Origin: Longimicrobiales bacterium
GTDB taxonomy: Bacteria; Gemmatimonadota; Gemmatimonadetes; Longimicrobiales; Gaopeijiaceae
Reading direction: 5' to 3'
DNA length: 64,000 nt
Assembly (NCBI GenBank): GCA_965238005.1
Contig: OZ250165.1
Span: forward strand, 3,776,001-3,840,000
A model generated the notes under the pieces. It was not told the DNA's origin, made no database searches, and worked only from the letters and a program-made list of their open reading frames with translations. Made by a program: the position numbers and the translations under genes. Shown in pieces: positions 8,797 through 19,623 of the stretch. Every line of letters begins with the position of its first letter. Within the stretch, counting starts at the first letter, position 1.

Positions 8797-9876
8797 GCGT
8801 TGGTGCATGGCTCCGAACTGAGAACAGATCCCCCCTCTCCTGAGCGGAAATCACTCCACGCGGTAGCTGTCCGGCATCCCAAGCAGCGTCATCGTATTGA
8901 GGATTTTGCTCGCCAGGTGTACTCGACTCGTTGTCCGTCGAAGGTTCGACTTCTCATACTTCGACCGATGATCGTCTTGTATCGGAAGACGGTATTCTCC
9001 ACCAGGCTGCGCGTGCTGTAGCCTGAGCGCGTATGCCACTCGCGTCGACCGAGTTCCCGGATTGAGCGGATGTTGCGATTCCTCTCCTTCTGTGCGGCCG
9101 AGGGCCTCGGATTCAGTTGGGCGTCGCGTCCAGGTGGAATGAGCAGTCTCACAGCGTGTCCTTCACCCTTCACCTAGGCCGCTTCGTAGACGGCCACCGC
9201 GTCGTAGGCCCCATCGGCCGAGACGGAGGCTACCGGATCGTCGATCTGCTCGATGAGGACAGGTACCCGAGCACAGTCAGCTGCCCGACGACCGGTCAGA
9301 TCCGGGGCGACGATCTCACCGGTACGGGCATCAACCGCGAGGTGCAGCTTCCTCCAATCCCTGTTCTTTGGCGGTTTCCGTAGATGCCCGACGTGAATCC
9401 TGAGCCCCGTACTGTCGATGAGTAGGTGGATCGGTCGATCCGTGGCGAGCCTCCGGAACTGGATCTCGCCGAGCTTCTGAAGCCGCCGGGACAGGGTCGT
9501 GTGATCAGGAATCGGGAGATCCAACTCGAGCAGCTGGGCCAGCGACCGGAGGAAGCCCTCGGTCTGGCGAAGCGGAAGATGAAAGACCATGCGGATCGTC
9601 AGAGCAGTCTCGATTGCGATGTCCGCATAGGTGCGCTGGCCGCGGGGTTTGGCGCTGGCCGGAGCACGCCAGGCATCGAGCGCGGCATCGGAGAGCTAGA
9701 CGGTCAGGTCGCCACGCTTCTGGAGGCCCGCTTCGTACTCCGCCCAATTCCGCACCCGATATCGAGACTTCGCGGACTTGCACTGGCTGCGCTTCGGATA
9801 CTTCATGAGTGATGGCTCCGGCCCGGGGATGTTCCGTCCTCATCAGGTAGCCAAACCTGGAGCCATGCACCAACGC
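8797..9876 (-). mobile_element. IS5-family (IS903-like) element, ~1.08 kb, with a degenerate transposase (9806 to 8851)
   Basis: Perfect 18-bp terminal inverted repeats GCGTTGGTGCATGGCTCC (8797-8814 and 9859-9876). YRVRNWAEYEAGLQKRGDLT, LPLRQTEGF, PDHTTLSRR, IDSTGL, WRKLHLAVD, ADGAYD and RSLVENTVFRYK motifs, broken by TAG stops and frameshifts. No target duplication seen. Confidence 0.92.
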
Positions 9877-9936
9877 ACCTTTGCTTCGCCGTTGACGGTT
9901 GGATATCGTGACAACCACCATCCCGGAGACCCAGTC

Positions 9937-11301
9937 ATGCGTCACTTCCAACACCTGATACTCGGGACCGGCCAGGCAACGGGCACCCTACTGGGCGATC
10001 TCCTTCCCACCGGAGACTCGATCGCCGTCATTGAAGGAGATCGAATAGGCGGCACCTGCCTGAACACGGGCTGCACCCCCACGAAAGCACTCGTGGCCAC
10101 CGCCCGGGTGGCTCATATGATGAAGCGGGCACCGGAGTACGGCATCCATCCGAACGGTGTCGAGATAGACTTTGAAGCCGTTCGGGCGCGCATGAACGCC
10201 GTTCGCGACACCACCGGGATGGTTTCGTGGATCTCCTCGGCAGAGAGCGTGACCCTATTCGAGGACTGGGGCCGATTCGAGGGTCCGCGGCAGATTCGTG
10301 TGGGCGACGAGATCATCACGGCCGATCGGATCTATATCAACGGCGGAGCACGCCCGCGCGTCCCCGACATACCAGGGTTGGACACCGTTCCATGGCTGGA
10401 TCACGGCCGACTCCTCGAGCTGACCGAGGTGCCGGAGCACCTGATCATCCTGGGAGGGAGCTACATCGGGCTCGAATTCAGTCAGATCTTCCGAAGATTC
10501 GGCGCGCGGGTCACCGTGATCGAGTCGGGATCTCAACTCGTATTTCGAGAGGATGCCGATGTTGCGGAGTCGATCAGGGACATTCTCGAACTGGAAGGCA
10601 TCGAGTTCTGTATGGACTCGAGCGCGGTGAGAGTCGCCCCCGATGGCGCGGGTGTTGCGGTCACCATCGTACAGGGTGGCGACGAGCGCCAGCTGACCGG
10701 CTCCCACTTTCTCGTCGCGGTCGGGCGGGTCCCGAACTCGGACCTGCTCAACGCTGAAGCGGCGGGTATCCAGCTCGACGAACGGGGGTACATCGAGGTC
10801 GACGATTTTTGCCAGACCAGCGCGGAGGGTGTCTTCGCCCTGGGCGATATCAACGGACACGGTGCCTTCACCCATACCTCGGTCAACGACGCCGAAATCG
10901 TCCTCGACCAGATGCGCGGTGGCACCAGGAGATTGTCGGACCGGATCCCCGTGTACGGGCTTTTCATCGATCCCGCGCTCGGTCGTGTCGGAATGACCGA
11001 ACGGGAGGCCGTCGCGAAGGGGCACAAGGTAATGAAAGCCACGCGGCCGATGTCCCGAATCAGCCGGGCCAAGGAGATGGGAGAGACGCTCGGGTTCGCC
11101 AAGCTCCTGGTCGACGGCGACACGGATCAGATTCTGGGTGCCGCGATTCTGGGACCCGGTGGTGACGAGATCGTCAACATGTTCGCGGCTTACATGTACA
11201 GTGGTCTGCCCTGCATGGATTACCGGAGATCAGTGCTCGTCCACCCGACCGTGTCCGAGCTCATGCCCTGGATATTGGACACGCTGGAGCCGGTTTCATG
11301 A
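9937..11301 (+). CDS. Pyridine nucleotide-disulfide oxidoreductase (MerA/Lpd/RclA-like), without the MerA C-terminal CC
   Basis: GTGQA, GGTCLNTGCTPTK redox motif, GGSYIGLE, GRVPN, HPTVSE. Confidence 0.9.
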   Translation: MRHFQHLILGTGQATGTLLGDLLPTGDSIAVIEGDRIGGTCLNTGCTPTKALVATARVAHMMKRAPEYGIHPNGVEIDFEAVRARMNAVRDTTGMVSWISSAESVTLFEDWGRFEGPRQIRVGDEIITADRIYINGGARPRVPDIPGLDTVPWLDHGRLLELTEVPEHLIILGGSYIGLEFSQIFRRFGARVTVIESGSQLVFREDADVAESIRDILELEGIEFCMDSSAVRVAPDGAGVAVTIVQGGDERQLTGSHFLVAVGRVPNSDLLNAEAAGIQLDERGYIEVDDFCQTSAEGVFALGDINGHGAFTHTSVNDAEIVLDQMRGGTRRLSDRIPVYGLFIDPALGRVGMTEREAVAKGHKVMKATRPMSRISRAKEMGETLGFAKLLVDGDTDQILGAAILGPGGDEIVNMFAAYMYSGLPCMDYRRSVLVHPTVSELMPWILDTLEPVS

Positions 11302-11334
11302 CGCTGCGGGGGGACATGATCATGACGCGGCAGT

Positions 11335-11571
11335 CTATTCGCAGAACTCGAGACGACCGAGTCGCCGCGTGGATCCGACCAGCGTTGGGAATCCTATTCG
11401 TGATGACTCGTCGTCAGTTCGTAGCAGTTCATTGTCCTGCTCCTGGTTCAATGATCCATCTGTCTTACTCATAGCGTGTATCGCTCTCAGCACTTGGCGG
11501 TCCAGAATCCCGCAGGCCGCACAGTCGAAGAAGGCGTCGGGATCTACGGCCAGCAGTTGGTAGTAGCTCAT
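11335..11571 (-). CDS. Small hypothetical protein or gene fragment (CxxC)
   Basis: 78-aa ORF with an AAGGA upstream; no recognisable family. Confidence 0.3.
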   Translation of the reverse strand: MSYYQLLAVDPDAFFDCAACGILDRQVLRAIHAMSKTDGSLNQEQDNELLRTDDESSRIGFPTLVGSTRRLGRLEFCE

Positions 11572-11647
11572 CTCTCAGTTCGTCCTTGAGGGTTGTTTCG
11601 CCAGAGAGGGGTCGGCGGCTTTCTCGAGGAGAGGCTTGGCTAAAGCT

Positions 11648-12823
11648 TCACCCCAGCACCAGCCGGCTGAGCTCGGCGCAGTGTTTCTGGGCGTCGGCCT
11701 CGCCGATCTCGATCACGCGGCTGATGTAATCGGACTGAAACATCAATAGACTCAGGAAGTCGGGGCTCCGTGTCTCGCGGGTACCGAGGCCGCGGGTCAA
11801 GAAGCGAAACCAGCGAGGTAGGTCTGCCTCATGCTCGCGAGCAAGCTTACCCAGGTCCACCGATGGCCTCACTACGAGCGTTTCGATTTCCCGGAGGCCC
11901 TTGCGTTTCTCGGCGGGCAACTCCTGAAGCAAGCTGTTGATCCTATTCAGCTGCTCAGCGTCCTGGTCGATCGCATCTAGGAAAACGGCGTTGAAGAGCT
12001 TCCCCAGGATCTGAGCAGGCGGCGGGTACCTGGCTTCCTGCAGCTCGGCCTCCCGACGAGCTGGCTTGTGGCGTGTCGACACCGTGATGATCCGGCTTGC
12101 CCCCAGATGCACGGCGGGCGCCAGCGGCGCAGCCATGCGAATACCTCCGTCGCCGTGCCACGCGTCGGCCAGTCGCACGGCTGGAAAGACCAGCGGCAAC
12201 GCCGCAGAGGCCATCACGTGGTCAGCGGTGAGCCAGACCTTGGCGCTGCACCGGTCGGGTCGTTCCCAGGTCGGGATGTCGCACCCCTGGACCCAGGTCG
12301 TCGTCTGGCCGGTGCCGTAGTGCAGAGTGGTGAGGGCGATCGCATCGAGGCGGCCCGCCTCCAAGTTGTGGCTGATGCCTGAGATCTCCCCGTCGACTGT
12401 GTGGAGCTCCTGCTCGAGAAGTCGCGCGAGGGGCGCGGTGTCCACCAGGCCACGCACCTCAGGAGCGACCCTGACGCCGCCCGAGATGAGCCGCATGCCC
12501 CAGCGTACCGCGTTCCGCGCCATCGCCAGGCCTCCGGTCCGGAAGACGCGGTCAACCTCCAGACTACACCTGAGCCGGCGAAGGTCCTTGGTGGCTTCGG
12601 CGAGTCCACCCGGGTGGCTAGCGAGAAAGGCAGCGTTGATGGCCCCGGCTGACACGCCCGTGACGATGCGAAAACGGTAGTCCGGGACCATCTCCGCAAG
12701 ACAGCGCAGTAGCCCGACCTGATAAGCGGCCCGTGCCCCGCCGCCGGTGAGTGCGATGGCAACCGCGCCTCCCGGAGGCTCCTGAGCCAACGTCCCAGTA
12801 GTGTTCTCGCTCTTCGCCATCAT
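11648..12823 (-). CDS. Patatin-like phospholipase
   Basis: GGGARAAYQVG, GVSAG nucleophile, MASAALP and DGG motifs. Confidence 0.92.
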   Translation of the reverse strand: MMAKSENTTGTLAQEPPGGAVAIALTGGGARAAYQVGLLRCLAEMVPDYRFRIVTGVSAGAINAAFLASHPGGLAEATKDLRRLRCSLEVDRVFRTGGLAMARNAVRWGMRLISGGVRVAPEVRGLVDTAPLARLLEQELHTVDGEISGISHNLEAGRLDAIALTTLHYGTGQTTTWVQGCDIPTWERPDRCSAKVWLTADHVMASAALPLVFPAVRLADAWHGDGGIRMAAPLAPAVHLGASRIITVSTRHKPARREAELQEARYPPPAQILGKLFNAVFLDAIDQDAEQLNRINSLLQELPAEKRKGLREIETLVVRPSVDLGKLAREHEADLPRWFRFLTRGLGTRETRSPDFLSLLMFQSDYISRVIEIGEADAQKHCAELSRLVLG

Positions 12824-12888
12824 TCCTTCACTGCGCAGCTCGGGTCACCCTGGCCAGCCCACCTGTACCGACCTGCAGGCGAACGACC

Positions 12889-15310
12889 TTATCCTCGCAG
12901 AGAACGAAACGCCTCGGGAACGAACGCATCGACCTGAATCACCTCGTCGCGGACCTCGTCAGCGCTGAGCACGTCCCGGCGCTCCTGTGCGGTGACGATG
13001 CCGGCCTCGACCGCTCGGTCCAGCAACATGTCTCCGGGCGCCTTGTCCAGAAGGCCCGCCCGGACCGCATCTCGGATCTTTCTCTCAACTGCCAGGGCTG
13101 GAAGCGCATGATCCAGGGCGGCATCAAGCATTCCGAGTCCGGGCTCGTGGGCTGGGGGAACGTAGATGTCACGCGTCAGAGCCTGGCATGCTTCTCGATC
13201 GTCGAGAAGCCCGCGCGCCACGGCGCCACCCAGCCTGTCGCTCGGCGGACTGAGGCGGGCACCCAGTGGGAAGACCACGGGCCACAACGCCCACGCCGCG
13301 GGACGGTTTGGCAGGTTACGGAGAATCCCGACCAGCGCCGTCTGGATCTCGTGCAGGGCGTGCTCACAGGACCACTCCACGAACGGAACGTCGCAGTCGC
13401 GTTCCCCTTCGTCGTAGAATCGCTTCAGCGCGGCCGAGCCCAGGTACATCCAAGCCAACGCGTCGGCCAGGCGTCCACTGATCTTCTCCCGGCGCTTGAG
13501 CTTACCTCCCAAAGTGGCCATCGCCGCATCGGATACGACCGCGAAGGCTGCGCTCATGCGGGTCAGCCGACCAAAGTATCGCTTCGCCTTCCCACTCGCG
13601 GGAGGCCTCACCAATCGGCCATTCGTCACTCCGAGCAGCACGGCTCGCACTGCATTGACGATCACGAAGCCCACGTGACCGAAAAAGGCACGGTCGAACC
13701 GTCGCACGTCACTCTCCGCCACCGCCCGCATTTCCTCCTGCGCATGTGGGTGGCAGCGGATCGCCCCCTGGCCATAAATGATCATGGAACGAGTGAGGAT
13801 GTTCGCCCCTTCCACGGTAATGCCGATCGGCACAGCTTGATATGCACGGGCGAGGATGTTGCGCGGCCCCCGACAGATCGCGGCGCCCGCACGGATATCC
13901 ATGGCGTCGTTCACCACCCGGCGCATCCCCTCGGTCAGGTAGGCCTTCACGATGGCTGAGGCCACGGCCGGTCGCTCCCCGGCGTCAACGGCCCCGGCCG
14001 TCATTATGCGTGCGGCGTTCATCGCATAGGTGAGCCCCCCGATGCGGGCCAGCGGCTCCTCGATACCCTCGAATCTGCCGATCGGAGTGTCGAACTGTTC
14101 GCGGACGGTGCCGTAGGCGCCCACGACCCTGGCGGCCAGCTCGGCCGAAGCCCCAGCGAGGGATGGAAGTGAGATAGACCGGCCCGCGGCCAGACTCTCC
14201 ATGAGCATCCGCCACCCCTCACCAGCCATCTCGCGCCCCCCGATGATGAAGTCCACCGGGACGAAAACGTCGCGGCCCCAGTTGGGCCCGATCTGAAACG
14301 GCACACCCAGGGGATCGTGTCGAGCGCCGATCTCGATCCCGGGCGTATCGGCGGGGATCAGGGCGCACGTGCTCCCGTGGTCTTCCTCCTGCCCCAACAG
14401 CCCGTCCGGATCGCGGAGCCTGAACGCGAGCCCGATCACTGTTGCGACCGGTCCCAACGTGATGTAGCGCTTGCGCCAATCGAGGCGCATTCCCAGAACC
14501 TCTTCACCACGATAGGTCCCGCGGCATACGGTGCCTACGCTCTGGGTCGCTGCCGCATCGCTGCCTGCCTCGGGGCCGGTCAGGGCGAAGCAAGGGATCT
14601 CCTCACCCGTCGCCAGCCGAGGGAGATACCGGCTCTTCTGCTCCTCAGTACCGTATCGGTGGAGGAGCTCGGCCGGTCCGAGCGAGTTGGGCACCATGAC
14701 GGTCACTGCGGTCGTTACACTGCGGCTCGCCAGTTTCGTGACAACAGCCGTATGGGCCGCCGCGGAGAAGCCAAGCCCACCGTACTCCTCGGGGATGATC
14801 ATGCCCAAGAAGCCGTGCCGTTTGATGAACTCCCAGGCCTCCGGTGGAAGATCTCCCCTTTGAACTACCTCCCACTCGTTGACGATCGCGCAGAGTTCCT
14901 CGACCGGGCCATCGAGGAACGCACGCTCTGCCTCGGACAAGCCACGGATCTTGAAAGCGAGGAGCTTCCGCCAGTCGGGATCACCGGAGAAGAGATCGCC
15001 GTCCCACCAGACGGTCCCCGCTTCCAGGGCGATTCGTTCAGTATCTCCCATCCGAGGGAGGAGCGGTGCGATGAGCCGCATCACCCACGAGCTCACCAGG
15101 GTACGGCGCAGTGGCCGGACTCCGAAGACGAGCGCCAGGACCCCGAATCCGCCGGCTACCACACCAAAGAGGGCTGGAGAACCCACCCCCCCCTGCCGCC
15201 CACCAGATCACGGCGAGCGCCCCAGGGGTCACCCACGCCCAGAAGCTGCGGCCTTGATAAGCCAGGGTCACACCGAGAAACAAGAGCACTGTGAGAACGA
15301 CGATATCCAT
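12889..15310 (-). CDS. fadE: Membrane-anchored acyl-CoA dehydrogenase (FadE type) with a frameshift in a G8 run at 15186-15193
   Basis: ALEAGTVWWDGDLFSG, VMVPNSLGPAELL, ALTGPEAGSDA, PIGITVEGANILTRS and FadE C-terminal domain. The N-terminal TM segment starts at ATG 15310 (GAGGA RBS) in another frame. Confidence 0.85.
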
Positions 15311-15383
15311 GGGTCCTCAAATGGTGTTGAGTGGCCGATCGCTCCCAGAGCGTCTCCAGGTGCAGGTAGGCCTCTCGATCAAT

Positions 15384-16130
15384 CTAGCGATAGTCAGGGT
15401 TGACGAAGTCGAACCGGCAACCTGCATCCCACTCGGAGCGCTGATTCCCGTGCGCGGGGACCCCACCTGCGTCTTTGAGCATCCGCGCGACGTGCATGAG
15501 GTTCCACGCCATGAACGTCGTGTTCCGGTTGGTGAAGTCGTTTTCCGGGCCTCCCGATCCCGGGTCCAGATAGGACGGACCTGGACCCGCCTCGCACAGC
15601 CAGGCGGCGTCGGCCTGTGGTGGGATGACGTAGCCGAGGTGCTGAAGCGAGTAGAGGATGTTCATGGCGCAGTGCTTTGCGCCGTCCTCGTTGCCCGTAA
15701 TGAGACAGCCCCCAACCCGTCCGTAGTAGGCGTATTGCCCGGCCGCATTGAGTAGGTGGGACGCCGCGTACAGCCGCTCCACGACCTTCGTGCAGACGGA
15801 CGACTTCTCGCCCAGCCAGATCGGAGACGCCAGCACCAGGATGTCCGCCGCCATGACCTTCTCCAGGATCCCTGGCCAGTCGTCCTGGCTCCAGCCGTGC
15901 TCGGTCATGTCAGGCCAGACCCCGTACGCAACGGAGTAGTCCACCGGTCGAAGCACCTCTACGCTGACTCCGTTCGCCTCCATGATGGCGGCAGAAATGT
16001 CGATCAGCCCTTGGGTGTGCGACATCTCCGGCGAGCGCTTGAGTGTACAGTTCAAGAAGAGCGCCCCGAGGTTAGAGAAGTCCCACTGACTCTGCTCGCA
16101 CAGCTCCTTTTGCTTCTCGGTGAGCTCCAT
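15384..16130 (-). CDS. Flavodoxin-fold protein (NADPH-dependent FMN reductase family)
   Basis: LNCTLKRSPEMSHT, ADILVLASPIWLG, ITGNEDGAKH; GAGGA RBS. Confidence 0.88.
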   Translation of the reverse strand: MELTEKQKELCEQSQWDFSNLGALFLNCTLKRSPEMSHTQGLIDISAAIMEANGVSVEVLRPVDYSVAYGVWPDMTEHGWSQDDWPGILEKVMAADILVLASPIWLGEKSSVCTKVVERLYAASHLLNAAGQYAYYGRVGGCLITGNEDGAKHCAMNILYSLQHLGYVIPPQADAAWLCEAGPGPSYLDPGSGGPENDFTNRNTTFMAWNLMHVARMLKDAGGVPAHGNQRSEWDAGCRFDFVNPDYR

Positions 16131-16404
16131 GGCGCTTCCTCCTCTCCGACGGTTTGTGTTCGCGACCTCCAATACAGGGGACGATCTTAGGGGTTGTCAA
16201 ACCGCTGGCAGCTCGGCCCAGGAGCGCGGGCCATCGGTTCGGCAATGATCCTTGCTGTACCCACTCCGGTATTCCGCGCCGTTTCCGGTCGCAAGAGCTT
16301 CGGTCAACTCGCGGCTCCAGGGTCTTTGGCGTACAGTAATGGAACGAAATCGCTCCGCCGGGACCCAGCGGGGCCCTCCGGTGGGGCCGAACAGAGGAGG
16401 AACG

Positions 16405-16842
16405 ATGAACGTGCACTTCGGGCGCGCCGCGCTGGCCGGCGTCCTCGGGACCGTGGTGATGACGGTCGTGGGGCTTTATGCCGCGCCGATGATGGGCATG
16501 CCCCCGATGAACCCTGCGGAGATGCTTGCCGGCCAAATGGGTGGGAGCATGGTCATGGGATGGATCGTGCACTTCATGATCGGCGTGATCCTGGCCGAGC
16601 TGTACGCCGTGGTCGCGGGGTCCCTGCCCGGGCCGGTGGTCGTTCGCGGGGCCCTGTTCGGTTTGGCTCCGTGGCTGCTCTTACAGGTGGCCGTCATGCC
16701 GATGATGGGGATGCCGTTCTTCTCGGGCGCGATGAGCCTGGCGATGGGGTCGCTACTCGGTCACATCATCTACGGCGGTGTCGTGGGTGCCGTGTACGGT
16801 GAGCCCTCACCGGACCCTACGCCCGTGAGCGCGACGTCCTAG
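16405..16842 (+). CDS. Met-rich 4-TM membrane protein of unknown function
   Basis: GAGGAGG RBS; GWIVHFMIG and SLLGHIIYG; homologous to 3841-4275. Confidence 0.85.
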   Translation: MNVHFGRAALAGVLGTVVMTVVGLYAAPMMGMPPMNPAEMLAGQMGGSMVMGWIVHFMIGVILAELYAVVAGSLPGPVVVRGALFGLAPWLLLQVAVMPMMGMPFFSGAMSLAMGSLLGHIIYGGVVGAVYGEPSPDPTPVSATS

Positions 16843-16942
16843 AACCTACTCTCGTAGGTGTCGGCCAGCCACTCCACGACCTTCAGTGTTTGGTTCCCAT
16901 CGTGGGCTTTCACGACACACACGACGATTTCGTGCGGCGGCG

Positions 16943-18583
16943 ATGTCAGAGAACACACACGACTACGGATCCGACCTGCTCTTCCATCCGTCCACCAACA
17001 AGTCGACGGCCTTCACGCTCGAGGAGCGCCGGCGACTCGGTCTACGCGGGCTGCTTCCCGCGCAGGTCAGCACCATGGAGCGCCAGAAGGAACGTGTCCT
17101 CGAGAGCCTTCGCCGCAAGGCCTACGACATCGAGAGGTACATCGCGCTGCGGGCGCTTCAGGATCGAAACGAGCGGTTGTTCTATCGGACGCTGATCGAC
17201 CACATCGATGAACTCATGCCGATCGTCTACACGCCGACGGTCGGGCAGGCGTGCAGAGAGTTCGCGCACATCTTCCGGCAGCCGCGAGGGTTCTACGTGA
17301 CCCCATCGGATCGTGGGGAGATCCGCCAGAACCTGGACAACTGGCCGGAGCCCGACGTGCGCGTGGTGGTCGTGACCGATGGCGAGCGAATCCTCGGGCT
17401 TGGCGATCTCGGGGCGAACGGCATGGGCATCCCCATCGGGAAGCTCGCGCTCTACACCGCGTGCGCCGGCATCGCACCCGAGCACTGCCTGCCGGTGATG
17501 CTCGACGTGGGTACCGACAACGAAGAGCTCCTCGCCGACCCTTTGTACCTGGGCGTGCCCGAGCGCCGTGCGCGCGGCGAGAGCTACGACGACCTGGTGG
17601 ACGAGCTGATCTCGGCCCTGCAGGATAAGTGGCCGCGCGCGCTCATTCAGTTCGAGGATTTCCTGACGCCGAACGCCTACCGGCTGCTCCGACGCTACCG
17701 CGACCGAGTCTTCTGCTTCAACGACGACATCCAGGGGACGGCGGCCGTCGCCCTGGCCGGTGTGTACGCCTCGACTCGCATCTCGGGGCTGCGCTTCGAG
17801 GACCTGCGCATCATGTTCCTCGGCGCGGGATCGGCGGCGACCGGAATCGCCGACTTGACGGCGGAGGCCCTCGTCGCGGCGGGGCTGTCGCGCGGTGAGG
17901 CGGTAGGGCGCCTCTCGTTCGTCGATCTTCACGGGCTGCTGGTGGCCTCGCGTGCCGATCTCCAGGAGCACAACCTTCCCTACGCTCAGGAACGCGCCGC
18001 AATGGGCTTCGTCGACGCGTTGCGCAGCGTCCGGCCCCACGTCCTCATTGGAGCCACGGGCGCACCGGGCACCTTCACCCGCGAAGTGATCGAGACGATG
18101 GCCGAGATCAACGACCGTCCGGCCATCTTCGCGCTCTCCAACCCCACATCGCGTGCCGAGTGCACGGCAGAGCAGGCTTACTCCTGGTCCGCTGGGCGCG
18201 CGATCTTCGCCAGTGGGAGCCCGTTCGGGTCGGTCGACTTCGAGGGCCGGCGCTATCGGCCGGGCCAAGGAAACAACGCGTACATCTTCCCCGGGGTCGG
18301 GCTGGGTGCCGTCGCCTGCCACGCGACCCGTGTGTCGGAGCCGATGTTCCTGGCCGCTGCACGGGCTCTCGCCTCTCAGGTGACCGAAGCGCGACTCGAC
18401 GAGGGTGCGATCTACCCACCGTTATCGGAGATTCGCGCGGTGTCCGCACAGATCGCCCTTGCCGTCGCCGAGCAGGCTTACGCCGACGGGCTCGCCCGCC
18501 TGCCCCGTCCGGACGACCTGCACGAGCACATGCGGACTCAGATGTACGACCCTTCATATCAGGAGCGAGCGTGGGCTCCATGA
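16943..18583 (+). CDS. maeA: NAD-dependent malic enzyme
   Basis: NKSTAFT, PIVYTPTVG, VTDGERILGLGDLG, QFEDF, FNDDIQGT, GAGSAATG, ALSNPT, QGNNAYIFPG. Confidence 0.95.
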   Translation: MSENTHDYGSDLLFHPSTNKSTAFTLEERRRLGLRGLLPAQVSTMERQKERVLESLRRKAYDIERYIALRALQDRNERLFYRTLIDHIDELMPIVYTPTVGQACREFAHIFRQPRGFYVTPSDRGEIRQNLDNWPEPDVRVVVVTDGERILGLGDLGANGMGIPIGKLALYTACAGIAPEHCLPVMLDVGTDNEELLADPLYLGVPERRARGESYDDLVDELISALQDKWPRALIQFEDFLTPNAYRLLRRYRDRVFCFNDDIQGTAAVALAGVYASTRISGLRFEDLRIMFLGAGSAATGIADLTAEALVAAGLSRGEAVGRLSFVDLHGLLVASRADLQEHNLPYAQERAAMGFVDALRSVRPHVLIGATGAPGTFTREVIETMAEINDRPAIFALSNPTSRAECTAEQAYSWSAGRAIFASGSPFGSVDFEGRRYRPGQGNNAYIFPGVGLGAVACHATRVSEPMFLAAARALASQVTEARLDEGAIYPPLSEIRAVSAQIALAVAEQAYADGLARLPRPDDLHEHMRTQMYDPSYQERAWAP

Positions 18584-18589
18584 AGTCCA

Positions 18590-18946
18590 CCAAGCCGAAA
18601 GGGAGGATGGCGTGGAGAGCCAGCAAAGGGAAGGAAGCGACAAATGAAAGGTGCTGAGCTCTTTATCCGGTGCCTCGAGAACGAAGATGTGGACTACATC
18701 TTCGGCATCCCGGGGAGCCGTCTTCGCGAGAGTGGTGGTGGAGCCAGGAGATCAGGGTGAGCGTGCTCGAGGAGGAACAGGGCTTTCCCGGCGAGCCGGT
18801 CACGGTCCGCGTGACGAACAAAAACTGGTTGGCGTCAGCATCTGCGCCGCCGGGGCGATGGCCGGTGCCTTCCTTCTGGAGCGGAGTTGACCATAAAGCT
18901 CTGGTAGTCCGAGTGCTGGAGATGGGCCCAGATGGCGGCTCCAGTA
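18590..18946. other. Mosaic of short gene fragments homologous to five different genes of this island
   Basis: Pieces match 19570-19694, 8631-8676 (rc), 3128-3171 (rc), 25728-25779 and 2444-2487; see findings. Confidence 0.88.
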
Positions 18947-18953
18947 CCTAAAA

Positions 18954-19244
18954 TCAGACTCTTCCGAGTTTGGTGGGCGGTGAATCTTCGAGATTGGGAT
19001 CCGCGTTCAGCGCATGGAGTGCCTGCAGCACCCGATCCAGAATATCCGACGGCTGCTCGCCTCCCATGTTCTCTTCTTCCGCGACTTGAAGTTGCAGCGC
19101 GTCGAACTTCCAGCGACGTAAGATTTCGATCTTCTGTTCGCGACTCAACTCCTCCCGTTTGAGCACATCCTCGGGACCACGGAATACAAGCGCCGGGTCC
19201 AGCATTGCTTTCCTGAGATCGATCCGCTTTCCGCTGTTTGTCAT
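18954..19244 (-). CDS. Small helical hypothetical protein
   Basis: GGAGGG RBS; DPALVFRGPEDVL...LSREQKIEILRRWKFDA...AEEENM looks like a real conserved small protein. Confidence 0.75.
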   Translation of the reverse strand: MTNSGKRIDLRKAMLDPALVFRGPEDVLKREELSREQKIEILRRWKFDALQLQVAEEENMGGEQPSDILDRVLQALHALNADPNLEDSPPTKLGRV

Positions 19245-19623
19245 TGTCAGGCACCCTCCGCAACGCTCCGACCTTACGGAGATTCGTTGCTCTTACGTTA
19301 TCTTAGGTGCGGCTTAGGGAGCTCTCAGGCATCCGTACGTTCACAGCACTTACGCCATGGCTGCTAGGAAGTTGCACTCGCCGCCCCCGGAGGGCACTGC
19401 CCTCATCTGCTCCGTCGGTCCGCGTGATGGGGGTCCTCGAGCGACCTCGTGCGTGAGCCGCTTACTTTGCCTCGCTCCCCAGGCAGCGATTTGCGGCGAG
19501 CCCCGCCAAAGGGTAATTAGCTTCGATCGCGTAGGCCGTCAGCGAGATTGCCTACGCGCGCCGCTTTGGCCAAGCGGAAAGGGAGGATGGCGTAGAGACC
19601 CAGCCAAGGGAAGGAAGCCACAC

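Noticed and set aside
9937..11301. Mercuric reductase merA
   Set aside because: Lacks the C-terminal Cys-Cys pair and NmerA domain; no mer operon.
18590..18946. CRISPR array or DGR template repeat as the explanation for the mosaic
   Set aside because: No direct repeats between pieces, no cas or reverse transcriptase in the window, and mismatches are not adenine-specific.
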